Source: Kineosporiaceae bacterium (GTDB taxonomy: Bacteria; Actinomycetota; Actinomycetes; Actinomycetales; Kineosporiaceae). From it: DNA of 28,639 nucleotides. The notes below the pieces were generated by a model, which was not told the DNA's origin, did not search any database, and saw only the letters and a program-made list of their open reading frames with translations. Position numbers and translations under genes: made by a program. Location: NCBI GenBank assembly GCA_052038585.1, contig JBQGCR010000189.1, positions 1 to 28,639 of the forward strand. The letters run 5' to 3'. Shown in pieces: positions 25,577 through 28,639 of this stretch (positions within the stretch are counted from its first letter, which is position 1; every line of letters starts with the position of its first letter).

Positions 25577-26837
25577 ATGAGCGAGCGCCCGGACGTCATC
25601 GTCGTCGGCGGCGGCATCGGCGGCCTGTCGGCCGCCCTGTCCTGCAAAGGCATCCGGGTCCGCCTCTACGAGAGGTCCGCCGAGTTCGGCGAGGTCGGCG
25701 CCGGCCTGCAGATCGGCCCGAACTGCACCCGCATCCTGACGACTACGGCCTGCTCGACGAGGCCAAATCCCTCGGCGTGCTGCCCGAGGCGATGGTCATG
25801 AAGGGCGCCACCGACGGCTCCGAGCTGACCCGCCTGGACCTGCACAACCTGGAGAAGACCTACGGCTACCCGTACATGGTCATCCACCGCAGCGACCTGC
25901 ACGGCCTGTTCCTGCATGCTTGCCGGCGCCTCGGCGTCGAGCTCATCACCGACCGGCAGTGCGTCGGGTACGCAACCGGCGACGGCGTCGCATCGGTGAC
26001 GTTCGCCGACGGGACGACCGACACCGCCGAGCTCGTCATCGCCGCCGACGGGCTGCACTCCGTCGCCCGGGGTCGCGCTCGTCGGTGACGAGCCGGTCAA
26101 CTCCGCGTACGTCGCCTACCGGGGCGCGGTCCCGTTCGACCAGGTGCGCGAGAACGACGTCCACGAGAAGGACGTCGTGGTCTACATCGGGCCGCGCTGC
26201 CACTTCGTGCAGTACCCGCTGCGCGGCGGCGAGATGTTCAACCAGGTCGCCGTCTTCCAGTCCCCCAAGGCCCTCGCCGGGCAGGACTGGGACACGCCCG
26301 ACGAGCTGGACGCCGCCTTCGACGGCATGTGCGACCCGATCCAGAAGGGCCTGCCGCTCATGTGGCGCGACCGCTGGTGGCGGATGTTCGACCGTGACCC
26401 GATCACCCGGTCGGTCTTCGGCCGGGTCGCCCTGCTCGGCGACGCGGCGCACCCGCCCCTGCAGTACATGGCCCAGGGCGCGATCATGGCGATCGAAGAC
26501 GGCTGGGTCCTCGCCGAGCACGTCGGCGCCCAGAGCGCCGTCCGCACCGAGACCTCGTCCGGTGTCGACTGGGACACCGCCCTCGCCGCCTAGGAGGCCG
26601 TCCGGCCCGAGCACTGCCGGCGCGTCCTGTCCACGGGCCGTGCATGGGGCGAGCTCTGGCACCTCGACGGCGTGGAACGCCTCCAGCGCAACGTCATCCT
26701 GCGGTCCCGCGACACCTACGACTACTCCTTCACCGACGATCTACGGCCCGACGGCGCTCACCCCCGAGGAGGAACCGTCGCTCTACACGACGATCCCCCT
26801 CAGCTCCGTCCAACTGACGGACGAGACACACAACTAA
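25577..26837 (+). pseudogene. nagX: Disrupted 3-hydroxybenzoate 6-hydroxylase (flavin monooxygenase)
   Basis: Fragments match the Rhodococcus/Corynebacterium enzyme ([68 protein letters not shown]). Frameshifts near 25738 (-1), 26069-26072 (+1) and 26738 (-2); TAG at 26591-26593 where homologs have Tyr. Confidence 0.9.
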
Positions 26838-26845
26838 GGTCTGAC

Positions 26846-26919
26846 CTCGTCGCCATGCAGCAGGGCGACGAGACCGGCCCCTCGTCACCTGGCTCGAGGC
26901 GGTCACCGACGACGTCTAC
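26846..26919 (+). pseudogene. 3'-terminal remnant of a cupin-domain gene
   Basis: With one C added at 26879-26881 it reads LVAMQQGDETGPLVTWLEAVTDDVY, resembling the recalled C-terminus of small cupin proteins (HLAMQEADxxGxxVTWxExVTDxxY); no upstream portion present. Confidence 0.45.
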
Positions 26920-28265
26920 CCGATCTCCGCGTCGCCGGTCGATCTCGACCCAACCACCTTCCCTGCGGCGGTGCCTGAGCGCTGCGCCACCTCGAGAAGG
27001 TCGACGGCGCGGCGGGTGACCGTCCGCCGGGTCACCGGCAGCCCCTCGGCCGCCAGCTGTGCCCGTGCCTGCCGTTGGACGATGACCCGCAGCCCATCGG
27101 CCTCGGCGAGGACCGCCTCCAGACGCGTGACGTCCGTGTCCGGTGCAGCAGTCGGCTCGGCGGGCAATCGGCCCGGCTCCCACCACGGGCCCGGGCAGCT
27201 CAACCTTGCCGGGCTGCGCGTCACCGGATCCGCTGCGACGGCCAGCAGGGCATCGATCGCCCGGTCGGGCGGCAGGCCGCGGTCCAGGACCGCGTCCGCC
27301 AGTACCTCGACCAGCCGTCCCTTCGTCCACAGCCCGGCCGGCAAGCCCTGCTCGTGCCGCCGCCGCACGCAGCGACCCGCCAGCTCGACCAGCCCCTCCG
27401 AGTCGAGGCCGAGCATGCCCAGCACGCGCAGGCCGCGGGCCGTCCCCGCGCTGCCCGGGCCCTCAGGCAGCGGCCTCTGGTGCGTGCCCACCTCGGCCGC
27501 GAGGTCGCGGCGACCGACGGAGGAGGGGCGGGGAGGAGGGCTGTTCTCGGTGAAGAACTCTGGGTCGGGCCGCACCCATGCGGCCACCCCAGCCGCAGCC
27601 CTGCGGCTACCCCTGGCCGCACCCGTGCGACCACCCCAGCCGCTGCGGGAGTGACTCCCCCGGGCACGGCACGCGCCGGACAGCAATGGGTCCTCCGGGG
27701 TGGCCGCAGCCGTGCGGCCACCGTCCTCAGCAGCCCTGTCCGCCGGCATCGGCGCAGGTCCCTTGCGGCGGGTGGAGCGCACGAGGTACCGGTTGGTCAG
27801 GTTCAGGCCGGCCCGTGACCGGCGGGTCACCTCGACCGCACCGAGCGCGACCAGCTCCTTCAGCGCGCGGTCGACGGAGTCGACCGACTTCCGCAGCCGC
27901 CCGGCCAGGGTCCGCCGGGACGGCATCCGCTGCCCGGAGGACTGCCCGTACCGCAGCAGCACCGCATACAGGCGCACCGCGGCGTCGGAGATGGGGGCGT
28001 CCAAGACCCACTCCGGGACGATCGCGAACCGCTCCTCCAGGACCAGCGCACCGGCATGCCTGCGAGTGTCCTGGTCGGTGTCGTGCCGGGCTTTGGACTC
28101 GAGGTCGTCGGTGTTGTCACCGGTCTGTGCGCCGGACCGGGCGGCATGTGCTGGCACGTCACGGCCCTCGCCGGACGACAACGGCAGGCGCTCGCGAAGG
28201 TCGTTGACGGCCGCACGCTCGAGGGGTTCGACTGGACGTGGCAGGGCGGTAGAAGGGGTGAGCAT
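26916..28265 (-). CDS. Winged-HTH replication-initiator-like protein, copy 2 (intact)
   Basis: GGAGG RBS before ATG 28265; 449 aa. N-terminal FAIVPEWVLD...LYAVLLRYG...PSRRTLAGRLRKSVDSVDRALKELVALGAV...NLTNRYLV is the wHTH pattern of phage/element Rep N-termini; repeat-coded low-complexity linker; conserved C-terminal DPVTRSPARLSCPGPWW. Confidence 0.8.
   Translation of the reverse strand: MLTPSTALPRPVEPLERAAVNDLRERLPLSSGEGRDVPAHAARSGAQTGDNTDDLESKARHDTDQDTRRHAGALVLEERFAIVPEWVLDAPISDAAVRLYAVLLRYGQSSGQRMPSRRTLAGRLRKSVDSVDRALKELVALGAVEVTRRSRAGLNLTNRYLVRSTRRKGPAPMPADRAAEDGGRTAAATPEDPLLSGACRARGSHSRSGWGGRTGAARGSRRAAAGVAAWVRPDPEFFTENSPPPRPSSVGRRDLAAEVGTHQRPLPEGPGSAGTARGLRVLGMLGLDSEGLVELAGRCVRRRHEQGLPAGLWTKGRLVEVLADAVLDRGLPPDRAIDALLAVAADPVTRSPARLSCPGPWWEPGRLPAEPTAAPDTDVTRLEAVLAEADGLRVIVQRQARAQLAAEGLPVTRRTVTRRAVDLLEVAQRSGTAAGKVVGSRSTGDAEIG
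27568..27720. repeat. Palindromic iteron-like array inside rep copy 2
   Basis: Units at 27568-27585 (GGCCGCACCCATGCGGCC), 27591-27608, 27615-27632, a partial unit from 27638, and TGGCCGCAGCCGTGCGGCCA at 27701-27720; 23-24 bp period with ACCCC spacers. Confidence 0.82.
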
Positions 28266-28333
28266 CCGGGCCTCCAGCAAGGGTCCGGCGGCACACCACC
28301 CCCAACCCGCTCCGCCCGCAGGGAACGGCAGCT

Positions 28334-28355
28334 ATTGTCCGCGGATTGTCCGCGG
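28334..28355 (+). repeat. Perfect tandem ATTGTCCGCGG x2, candidate integrase arm-type sites (left arm of att2)
   Basis: Ends 128 bp before the att2 core, the same offset as at att1. Confidence 0.65.
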
Positions 28356-28482
28356 CCGGGTCAGGAGGTGGTGTGCCGCGCAGGGATCAACCGACACACG
28401 GCGGAATCCCGAAACCTCACTGACCTGCACCACCACCGACAGGGCGGACGCTGTGGCACCAGGCGGACCAGGACCGAGGCCT

Positions 28483-28526
28483 CTGAAAATCGGAAGGTCG
28501 GCGGTTCGACCCCGCCCCTGGCCACC
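28483..28526 (+). mobile_element. att site 2 (probable attR): exact 3' half of tRNA-Phe(GAA)
   Basis: CTGAAAA anticodon loop, TCGGA 3' stem strand, AGGTC variable loop, GGCGG-TTCGACC-CCGCC T-arm, CCTGGCC-A-CC acceptor strand. The 31 nt upstream cannot supply the GGCCAGG 5' strand or a D-arm, so this is not a tRNA gene. Confidence 0.92.
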
Positions 28527-28528
28527 GC

Positions 28529-28586
28529 AAGGGGCTCTGACCAGCGAGCGAGAACGCAAGCTTTCGCCGCTGGACACAGGCCCCTT
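28529..28586 (+). terminator. Long imperfect hairpin after att2, probably the native tRNA-Phe terminator region
   Basis: AAGGGGC (28529-28535) pairs with GCCCCTT (28580-28586); CCAGCG (28541-28546) pairs with CGCTGG (28568-28573). Confidence 0.5.
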
Positions 28587-28639
28587 CTCGGTCTCCGTTA
28601 GGGTCGACGCCGCCCCCAGACAGCCGGACATGACCTGAC

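Larger units (their letters stand above)
10808..28526. mobile_element. ~17.7 kb tRNA-Phe-targeted integrative element/island without an integrase, carrying aromatic catabolic genes
   Basis: Bounded by two directly repeated tRNA-Phe 3' halves 17675 bp apart. All intervening ORFs are catabolic, regulatory or the rep-like gene; none shows tyrosine or serine recombinase motifs. Confidence 0.7.
26992..28526 (+). repeat. Diverged direct repeat, copy 2 (rep-like gene + att arm + tRNA-Phe 3' half)
   Basis: Aligns to about 9412-10851; homology ends right after the tRNA ACC and, at the other end, after the RAV(D/E)LL codons. Confidence 0.92.

Noticed and set aside
28452-28526. Complete tRNA-Phe gene
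   Set aside because: Only the anticodon loop through the acceptor 3' strand is present; upstream bases give no D-arm, no 5' anticodon-stem strand and no GGCCAGG. Called as an att site instead.

Overview
High-GC actinobacterial DNA, probably from a motile lineage given the chemoreceptor gene; the whole window looks like accessory DNA. The main structure is two diverged, same-orientation copies of a ~1.5 kb module (about 9412-10851 and 26992-28526). Each module holds a winged-HTH, replication-initiator-like gene with an internal palindromic iteron-like array, then tandem arm-type repeats, then the 3' half of tRNA-Phe(GAA) starting at the anticodon loop (an att site). The modules delimit a ~17.7 kb unit with att sites and a Rep-like gene but no integrase, excisionase or transfer genes. 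Its cargo is an aromatic catabolic cluster: a Rieske O-demethylase-like oxygenase with its reductase, an esterase, the SdgA/B/C-like salicyloyl-CoA route, the gentisate pathway, four regulators and a decayed 3-hydroxybenzoate 6-hydroxylase. To the left lies the right end of a second related unit, carrying a lipid-type module (SDR, PucR regulator, acyl-CoA ligase, DUF3556-like membrane protein, phytoene-dehydrogenase-like oxidoreductase), a frameshifted chemoreceptor and an IS3 remnant. Family assignments come from motif recognition and recall, not database searches. Several frameshifts sit in homopolymer runs and may be consensus errors.
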